From positions 224,001-288,000 of the forward strand of contig CBDCGL010000011.1 of the NCBI GenBank assembly GCA_965216755.1: a DNA stretch of 64,000 bases. Reading direction: 5' to 3'. Made by a program: the position numbers and the translations under genes. Below, piece by piece: positions 47,635-58,316 of this stretch (its first letter is position 1; each line of letters starts with the position of its first letter). A model generated the notes under the pieces. It did not search any database. It was not told where the DNA came from and was given only the letters and a program-made list of their open reading frames with translations. This stretch comes from Alphaproteobacteria bacterium (GTDB lineage: Bacteria > Pseudomonadota > Alphaproteobacteria > UBA7887).

Positions 47635-48933
47635 GTGGTTTTGTTGCGCTATATCGGTGAAGACGGGCGCGAACACGAGCTCGATAGCGCACAGGCGTTG
47701 GTGCGCGCCATTGCCGATGGTGACATCGTGGATAGCACGCTGGTGCGTGTGCCGGAGCATGATCGCTGGATGCGGGCCGACGACCACCCCGAATTCGTCA
47801 GTCTTAAGCAGCAAAACAAACGCACAGTGAATAGACGCTTCGCTGGCGGCGGCGAAGACGCACCCGTGCCCGATTTCACCACGTTGCGAAAGCTCAATCG
47901 AACCGGTTCAAGTCGCCCAGCTGGGCCCGTAACGTCTGCCGGGCCCGTAACGTCGGGTGGACCGGGCCATCGCCGCGCGGCCGACCGGGCGGAAAGCTCG
48001 ACCAGTCCTCTTGTCGAAGACCGGATCGAACCGACCTTGGGCCGTCCCATGCCATCCGATATTTCAAAGGTCGTCGATAATGATATCGACCCGCCGCCGA
48101 CCGTTCGCGCAAAGGGGCGCGATGAGCGCATTTCACTGTTTGTGCCGAAATCACCGCCGCTCAAGCCGGTCGAAGATGTCGCGGACCTGGAAATCGAGGA
48201 AGAGCAACAGCAATCCATTTTTCTGCCGTCTGAGGCGCGCGATATCGAAACGAGCATCGACCGCTTTAACCGTTGGCTGATCGTTCAGGCGGTGCTGTCG
48301 GCTCTGCCGGTGCTGATGATCGCGTATATGGCGCTCATGTCTGAATCAATTTCGAATGCGCTCGCATATTACGGTTGGGGGCGATTACCGGCGGTCGGTT
48401 TGCCGCCATTTAACCGGCTCGAAGGTTGGGGGCCGTTGTTGGGTGTTTTGGTGCCGGTCCTAGCTGCGTGCGTATTCCTGATTGCGATGAGCCGGGCCCA
48501 AACCATAGCGTCGAAATTGCTTATTTACGGCTACAGATGGAGTTTTCGCTGGACTGTTCTGTCGCTGTTTGTGCCGATCGTTAATCTCTACCGGCCATGG
48601 TTGGGCCTTGGCGAGATCTACCGGTCGCTGGTTAACTCGGCGCGCGATCGAGAAATCGGCGTGTCGTGGCGCTATGGTTTCAGTGACTTGACCTGCTTGG
48701 TGGCGGTCATCTGGTTCGGCACGGTCATATCGATAATTGCCCTGTATCAAGCCTATGCCGTTGGCGTTGAGTTCAATAGCACGCTGTTCAGCCTTCTTAT
48801 GCTCGAGATGGTGGTACGACTTCTGTTTGCAGTGGTGCCCTTTGTGTATTTGTTGAAAGTGCGCGATGCCATGGTCGAAATGCGGGATACGATTGTCAGG
48901 CATCGAACTGCGGAGACGGACCATTTTTCCTAA
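47635..48933 (+). CDS. Membrane protein: short N-terminal GYF_2-like domain, disordered linker and DUF4328-like TM domain
   Basis: W....FVPIVNLYRPW motif; four hydrophobic segments. Confidence 0.6.
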   Translation: MVLLRYIGEDGREHELDSAQALVRAIADGDIVDSTLVRVPEHDRWMRADDHPEFVSLKQQNKRTVNRRFAGGGEDAPVPDFTTLRKLNRTGSSRPAGPVTSAGPVTSGGPGHRRAADRAESSTSPLVEDRIEPTLGRPMPSDISKVVDNDIDPPPTVRAKGRDERISLFVPKSPPLKPVEDVADLEIEEEQQQSIFLPSEARDIETSIDRFNRWLIVQAVLSALPVLMIAYMALMSESISNALAYYGWGRLPAVGLPPFNRLEGWGPLLGVLVPVLAACVFLIAMSRAQTIASKLLIYGYRWSFRWTVLSLFVPIVNLYRPWLGLGEIYRSLVNSARDREIGVSWRYGFSDLTCLVAVIWFGTVISIIALYQAYAVGVEFNSTLFSLLMLEMVVRLLFAVVPFVYLLKVRDAMVEMRDTIVRHRTAETDHFS

Positions 48934-48994
48934 GGCGCCACTTATCCTAGGGCGAAAGGTCGGCGTTGGCGGGTGTCTTGACCCTCGCTCAACC

Positions 48995-49843
48995 TCAGTC
49001 CACGTCTAGATCAAGCAAAAAGTTTGGCCGAGCAAAAGCACCCGCGTGAATTGCCGGGTTGTAGTATCGCGTGTGTAGGTCCAAAGCCTGGTACCGATCG
49101 GTGAGGGCATCGAAATCAAGCAGTGCCAGGTCTCGTGAGTCGGACGCCCAGCCATATGCCATGTCTCCGCCGATATATGTCGGTACTGGCGACAAATAAA
49201 ACCCGCTGTAACGGTACAAAGTACGAAATGCCGTCAGCGAGTTCCTGTATTCGTCAAGTTGGTAAGCTGGCGTACCATTCTGAGTAGCCAAAATGCCGCT
49301 GTTTGTGAGACAGCGTTGACATTGCGCGTAGAAGCTTTGCTCGAATAGAACGGTGCCGGGGCCAATCGGATCGGTGGAATCTATGATAATGACATCGAAT
49401 TTCTGATCGGTTTTACGGACAAACTTCGCGCCATCACCAACAATCAATCGCGTCCGTGGATCGTCAAATGCGCCGTTCGACAGCGTCGGCAGGTGGCGCC
49501 GGCACAATGCCACGACTTCGCCATCAAGGTCGACAAGCGTGGCGCTCACCACCGGGTGTCGCAAAACCTCACGAAGACCGCCGCCATCGCCGCCGCCGAT
49601 AATCAAGATGTCGCGCGGGTTTCCATGGGCGACCAACGGAACATGGACGAGCATTTCGTGATAGTAGAACTCGTCGGCTTCCGTGGTTTGCAATACGTCG
49701 TCGAGCACCAATACGCCGCCGAGCACGTCACTTCGAAAAATCTCAATCTTCTGAAACGCAGTCTTGCCCAAATGGATCGGCTCATCGATCCGAACCCCTT
49801 GGCGCAAGCCGCTGTGTAGGCGCTCCGTATACCAAGATGTCAT
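48995..49843 (-). CDS. speE: Spermidine synthase (polyamine aminopropyltransferase)
   Basis: Motifs QTTEADEF.YHEML.H, IIGGGDGG and DVIIIDSTDP; ATGA overlap with speD. Confidence 0.93.
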   Translation of the reverse strand: MTSWYTERLHSGLRQGVRIDEPIHLGKTAFQKIEIFRSDVLGGVLVLDDVLQTTEADEFYYHEMLVHVPLVAHGNPRDILIIGGGDGGGLREVLRHPVVSATLVDLDGEVVALCRRHLPTLSNGAFDDPRTRLIVGDGAKFVRKTDQKFDVIIIDSTDPIGPGTVLFEQSFYAQCQRCLTNSGILATQNGTPAYQLDEYRNSLTAFRTLYRYSGFYLSPVPTYIGGDMAYGWASDSRDLALLDFDALTDRYQALDLHTRYYNPAIHAGAFARPNFLLDLDVD

Positions 49844-50265
49844 GCTAACTCTCCGCGCATAAATTCCTGTACTTCGATTCGCCCTGGGCGAAACACACTT
49901 TCCAAAACTGGTATGGCATTTCGCGGTGAGGCGCGCCCGCACATGAAAAGGTCGATGGCGACAAAATTGCATTCGGGCCAGGTATGCACGCTGATATGAG
50001 ATTCGGCCAATACAGCAATGCCGGTGACGCCATCGCCGTCAGGATAATGATGCAATTCGATCTGCAACAGTCGCGCGTTTGCTGCCATCGCGGCCCGCCG
50101 CAGCGCTGTCCTTACGATGTCGATGTCAGATAGGTTGTTAGCATCCCACATGTCCACCAATAGGTGAATGCCCGCAAATCTTCGTCCATTTCGCTCAATC
50201 AGATACTGAAGGGGCCGCGCCACCTCGCATTGTTCTATCGGCTCGCTTTCATCCGCTTGGGTCAA
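49840..50265 (-). CDS. speD: S-adenosylmethionine decarboxylase proenzyme
   Basis: G.HLLVD and GVTG...LAESHISVHTWPE (self-cleavage ESH), DLFMCG. Confidence 0.93.
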   Translation of the reverse strand: MTQADESEPIEQCEVARPLQYLIERNGRRFAGIHLLVDMWDANNLSDIDIVRTALRRAAMAANARLLQIELHHYPDGDGVTGIAVLAESHISVHTWPECNFVAIDLFMCGRASPRNAIPVLESVFRPGRIEVQEFMRGELA

Positions 50266-50511
50266 TCAACTCCTCCATGTGTCCCGAAGTCTCTGCTCAC
50301 ATGCTGCCGTGGTCGCCGCGACCAAATTCGACAGCACGTCGTTTGGCTTTCCGTCCAGCAGCGCCGGCCCCAAAATGCTTCGCAGTCGAACAAAATGCAA
50401 TGTGTTTGCGGCTGTCTCACGGAACCATGCGCGGATTTCGTTACGGCTCCTCAGCCGAAAGCCGAATGCGCGGCCGGGTAGACCTGCCCGTCCACGGCCG
50501 CTCGATGGACA

Positions 50512-50922
50512 TTATCCAAGGGCGCCCCTAAAAACATACCTCTTATCGAGTTGATATTTGATGACATAGCCGACACACAGTCCAAGAACAGCGCCAACTT
50601 CGCGCATAAAGTCGGTTTTCCAGATGAACCAGAATCCAGTTTCGGCGCCCCAGAAGATGGCTGTCGTGATGGCCCCCATCAATGTATACAAGCCGAATTT
50701 GCGCGTGTGCGCGAGTAGCCCGGACGAAAGATCGCCAAATATCCAGCGCTTATCCAGAAGATATTTGAGCAATAGGCCAACCGCGGTGCCCACCGCAATT
50801 GCCAACGCTAGCGCGTGCGACCCTTCGTACGTCCACAACGACACGCGTTGCGCGGCGAGATTCGCGAATGTTGCGACGGCGGCAAAAAGGGCATATCGAA
50901 GCGTGAGTTGCTTCAGGGTCAC
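50512..50922 (-). CDS. GtrA family flippase-like protein
   Basis: Motifs RYALFA..AT.ANL, KY.LDKRWIF and KYQLDKRYVF; GTG start overlaps the ubiA stop codon. Confidence 0.85.
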   Translation of the reverse strand: MTLKQLTLRYALFAAVATFANLAAQRVSLWTYEGSHALALAIAVGTAVGLLLKYLLDKRWIFGDLSSGLLAHTRKFGLYTLMGAITTAIFWGAETGFWFIWKTDFMREVGAVLGLCVGYVIKYQLDKRYVFRGALG

Positions 50923-52376
50923 AAAAAAGTTCCGGCGATCCCGCACAGTAGGACCGCAACGCCACACGCAATACTGATTTTGTCGCTGACCGCAAACACA
51001 ACCGGATCGTCATTCATGTTCCCGCGCTGTGCGATCAGGATAATCCGGCTGATCCAATACAAAAGGATCGGGCAGGCGAACCATAACAAGTAAGGCGACG
51101 CGTAAAGTACCAATACCTCGGGGCTACTGATATAGAGCGCCAGAACCAAGACGGAATTGTAACCGGCCGCCATGGCCATCATCGTGATGACCGGTAAATC
51201 CTCAACACCATAGTTTCGGCCCCATATGTTTGAACCCCCTGATTGTTTCTTGTCAACAAGCTCTATTTGCCGTTTCACAGCTGCGAGGGATAGAAACAGA
51301 AACCCGGAAAAAGCTAGCATCCATGGGGATAAAATTACGTCCGTTGCGGCGGCTCCAGCAACGACACGCAGTGTATAGAGGGCCGCGAGCACAAAGATAT
51401 CAATAATAAAATATCTCTTGAGTTCCAGAGAATATAGTAGTGTTAGGAAATAATAAATTCCCAATGTTAAGAATAAATCTGGTGTGGCAAAGAAAACACA
51501 AAGTATGACGGCGGAAAATAGCAAAATTATCGTCAGGCCGACGCCATGCGCGATGGGGATTAGTCCTGCGGCGAATGGTCGTTTGGATTTGCGCGGGTGC
51601 TTTCGATCGGCTGACAAGTCAAGGAGATCGTTCAGAATATACACGCTCGATGCGGTCAAACTAAAGATGATGAAAGCGAAGATCGCCATTGTGAGCGCAC
51701 CCTGCTCGAAACGGTGCGCCGCGATGACAGGCAGAAAAACCAGGATATTCTTTAGCCATTGGTGCGGCCTGAGAGCCGCCGCATAGTATCGGACCCTTTC
51801 GCGGATGCCCGTGGGCGGGCAAAGATTGCGGACGTCATCTGAGACACGCGCGACCGCGGCGCGCAGTGCGTGCGAAACGTTGAATGTTATCGCCTGATTG
51901 GCTCTCGCCCAGACCGCCAAATCCACCGGTGCGTCCGCCGCATAGTCAAACTTCTTCTCGCCAAATCGGTTGACCAGGAATTCTGCTTTTGTGGCCCCGC
52001 CCAAATTTCGATTGCCATCGGACCCATGGGCTTCATCGAAACAACCCAAATGTTGGGCCACGGCGTCAACGAGTTTCTGATCTGACGCCGACACCAAGAT
52101 CACTTTACGTCCATGCCGCCGTGCTTCTGAAATTAGCGCAAGCGCCTCGTCTCGATAGGGCAGGGTCGCGGCGTCAATATTGGTATGAGCGGCAATGCGT
52201 GATTTGAAAGCCGCCTTACCGCCAAGCAGGTATCTGGGTAGTCTTGCGATATTCAAGTAGTTGTTGGAAACAAACTGCAAGACGCTCTCATGCAAAAGGT
52301 CGGTTCGGATCAAAGTATTGTCCAAATCGACGACGAGAACGGTGTTGTTGCTGCTCATGTCCGCGGAATATCTCAT
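50919..52376 (-). CDS. UbiA family prenyltransferase with N-terminal HAD-like domain (decaprenyl-phosphate phosphoribosyltransferase-like)
   Basis: Motifs VVDLDNTL, RPHQWLKN, YILNDLLD..ADR.HPRK..RPFA and DDPVVFA. The ORF-track start at 52880 runs into the MITE. Confidence 0.88.
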   Translation of the reverse strand: MRYSADMSSNNTVLVVDLDNTLIRTDLLHESVLQFVSNNYLNIARLPRYLLGGKAAFKSRIAAHTNIDAATLPYRDEALALISEARRHGRKVILVSASDQKLVDAVAQHLGCFDEAHGSDGNRNLGGATKAEFLVNRFGEKKFDYAADAPVDLAVWARANQAITFNVSHALRAAVARVSDDVRNLCPPTGIRERVRYYAAALRPHQWLKNILVFLPVIAAHRFEQGALTMAIFAFIIFSLTASSVYILNDLLDLSADRKHPRKSKRPFAAGLIPIAHGVGLTIILLFSAVILCVFFATPDLFLTLGIYYFLTLLYSLELKRYFIIDIFVLAALYTLRVVAGAAATDVILSPWMLAFSGFLFLSLAAVKRQIELVDKKQSGGSNIWGRNYGVEDLPVITMMAMAAGYNSVLVLALYISSPEVLVLYASPYLLWFACPILLYWISRIILIAQRGNMNDDPVVFAVSDKISIACGVAVLLCGIAGTFL

Positions 52377-52582
52377 TTCCCTTGAGAACAAGTTAGAGCC
52401 GTTTCGGACAATAAGGAGCCGATTTTGCGGCGATGGGAACTGTAATTCTGATTCTGCCTCACGGCGAAATGCGCGGTAAGATATGGTCTCGCGGTGTGGC
52501 GGTATGGAAAGACCGTAGGTGGTGATCGCAACTATGCCCAAGTGACAAGAACGGCGAACGCAACATGCATCCCTGGGATCAG

Positions 52583-53046
52583 TTAGAGCGCTTTCCAACC
52601 ATACTGGACCATTCTGCCGGAGCGATTTTACGACAAGATCAAGTCGATGTCCGCATGGCGTATCGGGCATATGGCTAAGGACATCGCCGTCGAGATTGTC
52701 GCAAAAGAGCCCGGCCCTGCGGGTTTGCGACCGGCGGGCGTCCCCCAATGGGAATCCATGTGGACGACCACATTGGTCGGCGGACTTGCCCGATGCGCTC
52801 GTGCGGTGGATTGCACGTTCGCTTGATCTCGCAGCGAGCACCAGAGCGAACGTCCGATCCGTGAACCGCACGAGATCCAAATATTCGGCTCGTGTCCTGA
52901 CGAAATCGAAGTTCGTAAGGTGCCTGGGGTCAGACGTGACGAACTTCGGTTTCAGGACACGAGCATCGCGCTGCGTCGCCCTTCTTGTGGACCGCCGCGC
53001 CGGACCCCAAACAGAATTGATTCAATATGGTCGGAAAGCGCTCTAA
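52583..53046. mobile_element. 464-bp MITE-like repeat, copy 2 (inverted relative to copy 1)
   Basis: TTAGAGCGCTTTCCAACCATA...TATGGTCGGAAAGCGCTCTAA; collinear with the reverse complement of 18809-19272. Confidence 0.9.
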
Positions 53047-53634
53047 CCACGAAATGACGCTGGCCAGGCATTACAGTCTGGCCAGCGTCAGTCGATGAGG
53101 TGAGGTGCGAATGGACGACGTCACTATGGTCGATTGCGGCGAAGGGCGAAGTGATCGCGATCACCGTCGGATGGGGTATTCGATCTCAGGGTACAATGGC
53201 ACGGAATTGTCGACCATCTGGCTTGCGGCTGTTTGAACTGGTCATGCGGCCCCACACTGGCGCGAATGAAACGCCCATATCCTCCGCTACTGCGAAGAAA
53301 AGCCTACATACAAGCCTGAAACATCCGGAAGGATTTCATAGGTTTAGTGGGGGCTGTACCGTCGGCGCGGTGGGAACCATGCGGGCGCCAACAATCGCGA
53401 GTTAGCGAGTCTTAAACATAAATCGCGTAGACCGAACCATTGGAAAGGGCGTCGAAACTGGCTTGCTCAAATCCGCCATGGTACAGCCGCCAAAAGCAGT
53501 CATTGTTTTTGGCAGATTCCGTGCAAAATGAAGAGATCGATTGGCATGCTGATCTACCTCCCACGCTCGGTTTAGTGGTGAAGTCGTCAAAAGCATCTAC
53601 GTTTCGATTTATTTGATTGAACTTGTAGCGGCCG

Positions 53635-55626
53635 ATGTCCCAACAAAAATTCGAACCTAGTATTGTCGAAGAACAGGTTACGGGTATTCCACAACAAATT
53701 TCGGACGCTGGGGCGTTTTGCCGTGCATTCCTGGACTGCAATCCTCTGCCGTCTGCGGTGTGCCACTGCGATGACGGCAGTGTCGTCTACGCCAATAAAC
53801 ACTTGCGCGATGTCTTCGCGCTCGAAACTGCCCAGATGACTTCGACTTCACTTGCGCAGTTCTTTAAAGCTCCGAACGGCTTTGAGTCGTTGATGAATGC
53901 CGTGGCGGGCCAGGAAGCCAGCGATGCACGCGAGACCGAGTTCGTGCGTGGCGACCAGACCGAATTTTGGGCGCTGGTGTCTGCCCAAAAACTTTCGTTT
54001 GGCGATCGACCGTGTTTGGTGATTGTCATCAACGACCTCAACGATATCAAGCGAAGTCAACGGGCCTTGAGGAATAGCGAGGCGCGTGCACGACGTGCGC
54101 ATGATCGCCTTATCGAAGCACTCGATTGCATCTCTGATGCTTTCGCCCTTTTTGGTAAGGACGATCGGATGGTACTCTGCAATGCGAACTACAAGCGTTT
54201 CCATCCAAATATTGCCGACATCTTGGTGCCAGGTGTTCAATTCGAAACATTATTGAACAGGCAACTCGATTCAGGCGCGCTTCGAATTGGCGACGGTACA
54301 CGTGCGGAGACGTATGATCGCCGCATGGCAATGCATCGCGGAGAACGCGGGCTCTACGAAATCGAGCTGGACGATGGCCGGTGGTTGCTTAGCAACGAGC
54401 GTTCGACCCAAGACGGCGGCACGGTACTTGTGCAAACCGATATTACGGAACTAAAGCACAACCAGCAGGCCGTCGAACTGGCGCATGAAAGGTTGGTGGG
54501 GGCTTTGGAAGCGCTGCCCGCCATGCTTTTCCTTTATGGCGCGGATAACCGGTTGGCTCTTACAAACAGCGCCGCAAGGTCGGAAGACAGTCCGTGGCGC
54601 GATTTCGCTGTCGTCGGAACGAAATTCGAGGACGTTGCGCGCGCGTTCCACGGCAGTTCGCAAAACCGTGCGCCGGTCGCGAGCGGCCACGGGAATATTG
54701 ACCAACCCCAAGGGGAGAACACGAACGCGCATCAAGAGTTTGAACACAGACTATCCGACGGACGCACGTTTCGCGTGCTCGCGCGGCCCCTGCCGGACGG
54801 CGGCGCAATCAAACTGCACATCGATGTAAGCAAACAAAAGCGGATCGAGGATGAACTGAGGCGCGCGAAAGAAGTCGCCGAATCAACGGATCGCGCGAAG
54901 TCCGTTTTTCTCGCGCAAATCAGCCATGAGCTCCGAACGCCACTCAACGCGATATTGGGATACGCAAACCTGATCGATCGCGCGACGAAGGCTGCGGCCC
55001 AAATGCCCGGCTCGCCGGGCGCGACAAGATGCGGCGAATATGCCCGACTGATAAGAGCGAGTGGCCAGCACCTTTTGCAGCTGATCAATGATGTTTTGGA
55101 CATGGCGCAATCGGAAAGCGGCAACCTCCATCTCCGCGACGAGATCGTGGACCTCTACGAAACCGCGCAAACATGTGTTGACATGCTGCACGAAAGGGCG
55201 CGCGCCACTGACATCAAACTGGATGCGGCTCTTGAAGCCAACTTGCCGCTGATCAGGGGTGACGCGCGGCGCATCAGGCAAATACTGATCAATTTGCTCG
55301 GCAACGCGATCAAGTTCACGCCAGCTGGCGGAGGTGTCTCCGTCAATATTTACCAACTGCCCAATCGCGATATTGCCATCAAAGTTTCGGACACAGGAAT
55401 TGGTATGCGAACCGAAGATATTCCGAAGGCGCTGACCCCATTCGTGCAGTTGGAGTCAGGACTTGATCGCCGCTATGAGGGGACCGGACTTGGGTTACCG
55501 CTGACCAAGAACTTGGTCGAACTCCATGACGGCAAAATGACGATCGTGTCGGCGTTGAATGAAGGGACAACGACGACGGTAACGCTACCCGCAGAGCGAA
55601 CGCTCTCGCCTAATGACCGCCGTTGA
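53635..55626 (+). CDS. Cytoplasmic multi-PAS sensor histidine kinase (PleC/DivJ-like clade)
   Basis: Three PAS-like repeats; H-box SHELRTPLNAILG, N-box NLLGNAIKFT, DTGIG and GTGLGL. Confidence 0.9.
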   Translation: MSQQKFEPSIVEEQVTGIPQQISDAGAFCRAFLDCNPLPSAVCHCDDGSVVYANKHLRDVFALETAQMTSTSLAQFFKAPNGFESLMNAVAGQEASDARETEFVRGDQTEFWALVSAQKLSFGDRPCLVIVINDLNDIKRSQRALRNSEARARRAHDRLIEALDCISDAFALFGKDDRMVLCNANYKRFHPNIADILVPGVQFETLLNRQLDSGALRIGDGTRAETYDRRMAMHRGERGLYEIELDDGRWLLSNERSTQDGGTVLVQTDITELKHNQQAVELAHERLVGALEALPAMLFLYGADNRLALTNSAARSEDSPWRDFAVVGTKFEDVARAFHGSSQNRAPVASGHGNIDQPQGENTNAHQEFEHRLSDGRTFRVLARPLPDGGAIKLHIDVSKQKRIEDELRRAKEVAESTDRAKSVFLAQISHELRTPLNAILGYANLIDRATKAAAQMPGSPGATRCGEYARLIRASGQHLLQLINDVLDMAQSESGNLHLRDEIVDLYETAQTCVDMLHERARATDIKLDAALEANLPLIRGDARRIRQILINLLGNAIKFTPAGGGVSVNIYQLPNRDIAIKVSDTGIGMRTEDIPKALTPFVQLESGLDRRYEGTGLGLPLTKNLVELHDGKMTIVSALNEGTTTTVTLPAERTLSPNDRR

Positions 55627-55730
55627 AATATGTCACCCTGCCGGGCACGCGCTGTTCTTTCGAACCGGCAAGGCCTTGTACGGCACCACGGTCTTAATTG
55701 CTGTGCCGGCAACCAGCTCTTCCTATCGTG

Positions 55731-58316
55731 TTATCGAACGACAAGCCGGCAATTGCCCGAGCGCGATTTCAGAGCATCGCACAAGGCACGTGCATTGGCT
55801 TCCGTCATGGGCCCAGCTCGCAATCGATAGAACGTACCCTTCTCTGGTCCAAGGTCGGCACGTTGAATATCCAAGCGCTGGTCTTGAAGTAAATCCGGGA
55901 ACATTTGGGTCAATCTGTTCCATTCGCGCTCTTGCTCGGTGGGATCCGGGGAGCGGACGGACGCGATTTGAACCATGTGGGTCCCAATCTCGACCCCTGA
56001 GGCCACATTCGATGCGCCCCCTGCCGGAACAGATTGCGAAGGTGCGACTACCGTTGTTGCGGCCAGATCTGGCTGCGTCGGATCAGGCAGGACCGGAGCT
56101 GGCAGCGTCGCGTCTGGCAGTGTCGGTTCCGGCAGCGTTGGCTCAGGCAAAGCCCGATCCGGCACGTTGGTCGGCGTATCCGGAAGTGAGATCGCTGCCA
56201 CGGGTGGGTCCAGGGCCGCCATAGGTCTATCTGTCGCTGGTGGTGGCAATTCCGACTGCAGCGTATGATCGATCGGCGGCGACGTCGCCGATGTAGCGGA
56301 AACCGGCGGTGCAGGGGCTGGCGTCACAACAGCGGGCGCGGTTTGGGCCCCGGGATTGCTGTCCACTGGCGGCGCAGCTTGCATCGGTTGCGATGTGGAT
56401 TGCGGATCAGCGACCCCGGACTCTCTTTGCACTGGCGCACTCGGTGGTGGGATCACGGGCGTGGGTGGCCGCTCCACCACATCTGGTGCCGGAACTACGG
56501 GCGCTTGCGCGCCACTGACAGCCGGCTGTACTGCCGCTGTCGGCGCTGTGGCCACGGGTGGCGCAATTGCGGCAACTTCCACCGCGGTCGACGGCGTGGT
56601 TGACGGGATCGCCGACTCGCTTGGTATATCAATCGATTGCTCGGGACCAGCGGGGATCTGCGGCTGTCTGCTTGGCGGCACTGTTGCGGCCCCAGCGGCG
56701 ACGGGTTGCGGCGGTGCGGCCGGCGCTTCGGCGACCACAATTTGTCCGGTATCTCTGTCCGTCAACGATCCGGTTGGTGCGCGAGATCCAGCTGGGGGCG
56801 TGGCGACCGGACTTGGTGTCGTTGGTTGGGGCGCCGCGGCGACGACTTGTTGCGCATTTCCAAGGTCTCGGTCTCTAATCGTGCCGGTCGCGGACGGCAA
56901 CGCTTGATTGATTTGGGGGGCCGTTTGAGAAGTCGCGGGGGCCGCGGCGACAGTTGTTGGCGCCGCTGTCGCGGGTCCGACCGTTGCCGGGGTGACCGCC
57001 GTTGGTTGGTTTGTCGCGGTTGCTGGCGCGGCGCCCTGCGGCTGGGGCGACTGGGCCTGAGCTTGCGGCGGTTGCGCCACGGCGACGGACTGCGTGACCG
57101 CCGGGGGTTGGCTTGGTATCTCAGCCACGACCGTTTCCGACGGCGCCACGGTGGTCCTGGATGACGCCGTTGGTTCCGGCAGCGGTGGTTGGGGGCGGCC
57201 CGTAGCGGGGTTCGCCCCGCTTGCAGGTGGGATCGACGGCGCTGGCAAAGCAGCCGTATCCGCGACCGCGGTAGGCGCCGGCAAAGTTGGCTCGGGCAGG
57301 GGGGGTTGACTGCTTGCCTGCGGCACGCCCGTTTGCGCTCCGGCGACGGTGCCCGGTTCTGTCGGCGCGTTTGCGCGAGACGTTGTGGGTTGCGCCCCCA
57401 CCGGCGCCTGAGTCGGGACAGCATTTGCCGCAATATCGCCGGTGGGCGGGCTTTGGGGCGGAGCCTGCGCCACGACGGGTGCCGCCGCGGTCAGAGCATC
57501 CACGCGTCCGCGGGCGGCGATGACATTAGGATGTTCGTTGCCGACCATCGGCACCCAAATATCAATGGCCCGTTGATACAGGTTTCTTGCCTCGTCACCT
57601 TGGCCCAGCGATTCATAAACCGACGCAAGGTTGTACGCCGTCATAGCCAAACGCCGATCAGTCGGGCCAACTGACGTTTCGAGAATCCCAATCGAGCGCG
57701 TAAGCAATTGTTTTGCCTGCTCAAATTCTCCTTGTGCCGCATACACGGCGCTGAAATTGCTCAACACTTGGGCGACATTCGGATCCGCCGGACCCAGGGC
57801 CGATTCGAGAATGGTGAGAAGCCGTTGATAAAGCGGAATGGCCTCCGAATATCGGCCTTGGGCGCCGTATAGGGTACTGAGGTAACTGAGCGCGTTCGCA
57901 AGGCCAAGATCCGTCGGCCCCAGTGTCTTTTCCTGAATTTCCAGCAGTCGGACATAGAGCGGCTCGGCGTTTTCATAGCGTCCTTGTGCCCAATATAGTT
58001 CGGCCAAATTGAGCATATGCGCGGCGGTGTTGAGGCTGTCCGGGCCAAATTCGAGCTCACTTAGCCGCACCGCATTCAGAAGGTAAGGCAACGCTTCGTC
58101 ATATTTGCCTTGCTCGTACAAGGCCACACCTTGCTCGTTGTTGCTTTTCAGTTCGGGCGAAGACGCTGGCTCTTGCGCGGTTGCCCAGCCGATGCTGCCA
58201 AATAGCAACAGGCCGACGACGATCACCCTTGCTCCACAAGCACAAGCGTTTGCCGGCCGCCGCCAAAGCGCAATCCGGCGACAGTCACCAAGCTTTCGTG
58301 CTAAGATTTCAAACAT
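55731..58316 (-). CDS. Exported TPR + long Pro/Ala/Thr linker + SPOR domain protein
   Basis: Kinesin-light-chain-like TPRs (NLAELY..QGRY..AEPLY); C-terminal VQIASV...ADLG.EKGTFYRLRAGP...ALC..LK....C; start uncertain. Confidence 0.8.
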   Translation of the reverse strand: MFEILARKLGDCRRIALWRRPANACACGARVIVVGLLLFGSIGWATAQEPASSPELKSNNEQGVALYEQGKYDEALPYLLNAVRLSELEFGPDSLNTAAHMLNLAELYWAQGRYENAEPLYVRLLEIQEKTLGPTDLGLANALSYLSTLYGAQGRYSEAIPLYQRLLTILESALGPADPNVAQVLSNFSAVYAAQGEFEQAKQLLTRSIGILETSVGPTDRRLAMTAYNLASVYESLGQGDEARNLYQRAIDIWVPMVGNEHPNVIAARGRVDALTAAAPVVAQAPPQSPPTGDIAANAVPTQAPVGAQPTTSRANAPTEPGTVAGAQTGVPQASSQPPLPEPTLPAPTAVADTAALPAPSIPPASGANPATGRPQPPLPEPTASSRTTVAPSETVVAEIPSQPPAVTQSVAVAQPPQAQAQSPQPQGAAPATATNQPTAVTPATVGPATAAPTTVAAAPATSQTAPQINQALPSATGTIRDRDLGNAQQVVAAAPQPTTPSPVATPPAGSRAPTGSLTDRDTGQIVVAEAPAAPPQPVAAGAATVPPSRQPQIPAGPEQSIDIPSESAIPSTTPSTAVEVAAIAPPVATAPTAAVQPAVSGAQAPVVPAPDVVERPPTPVIPPPSAPVQRESGVADPQSTSQPMQAAPPVDSNPGAQTAPAVVTPAPAPPVSATSATSPPIDHTLQSELPPPATDRPMAALDPPVAAISLPDTPTNVPDRALPEPTLPEPTLPDATLPAPVLPDPTQPDLAATTVVAPSQSVPAGGASNVASGVEIGTHMVQIASVRSPDPTEQEREWNRLTQMFPDLLQDQRLDIQRADLGPEKGTFYRLRAGPMTEANARALCDALKSRSGNCRLVVR

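Noticed and set aside
47923-47958. 18-bp tandem repeat encoding GPVTSA/GPVTSG
   Set aside because: Only two copies in a disordered linker; trivial.
50270-50510. Riboswitch upstream of speD
   Set aside because: No recognisable SAM or other riboswitch consensus by eye; an Rfam scan would be needed.
52377-52880. N-terminal extension of the 653-aa UbiA ORF
   Set aside because: It reads through MITE copy 2 and intergenic DNA; the recognisable domain starts near 52376/52358 with an RBS.
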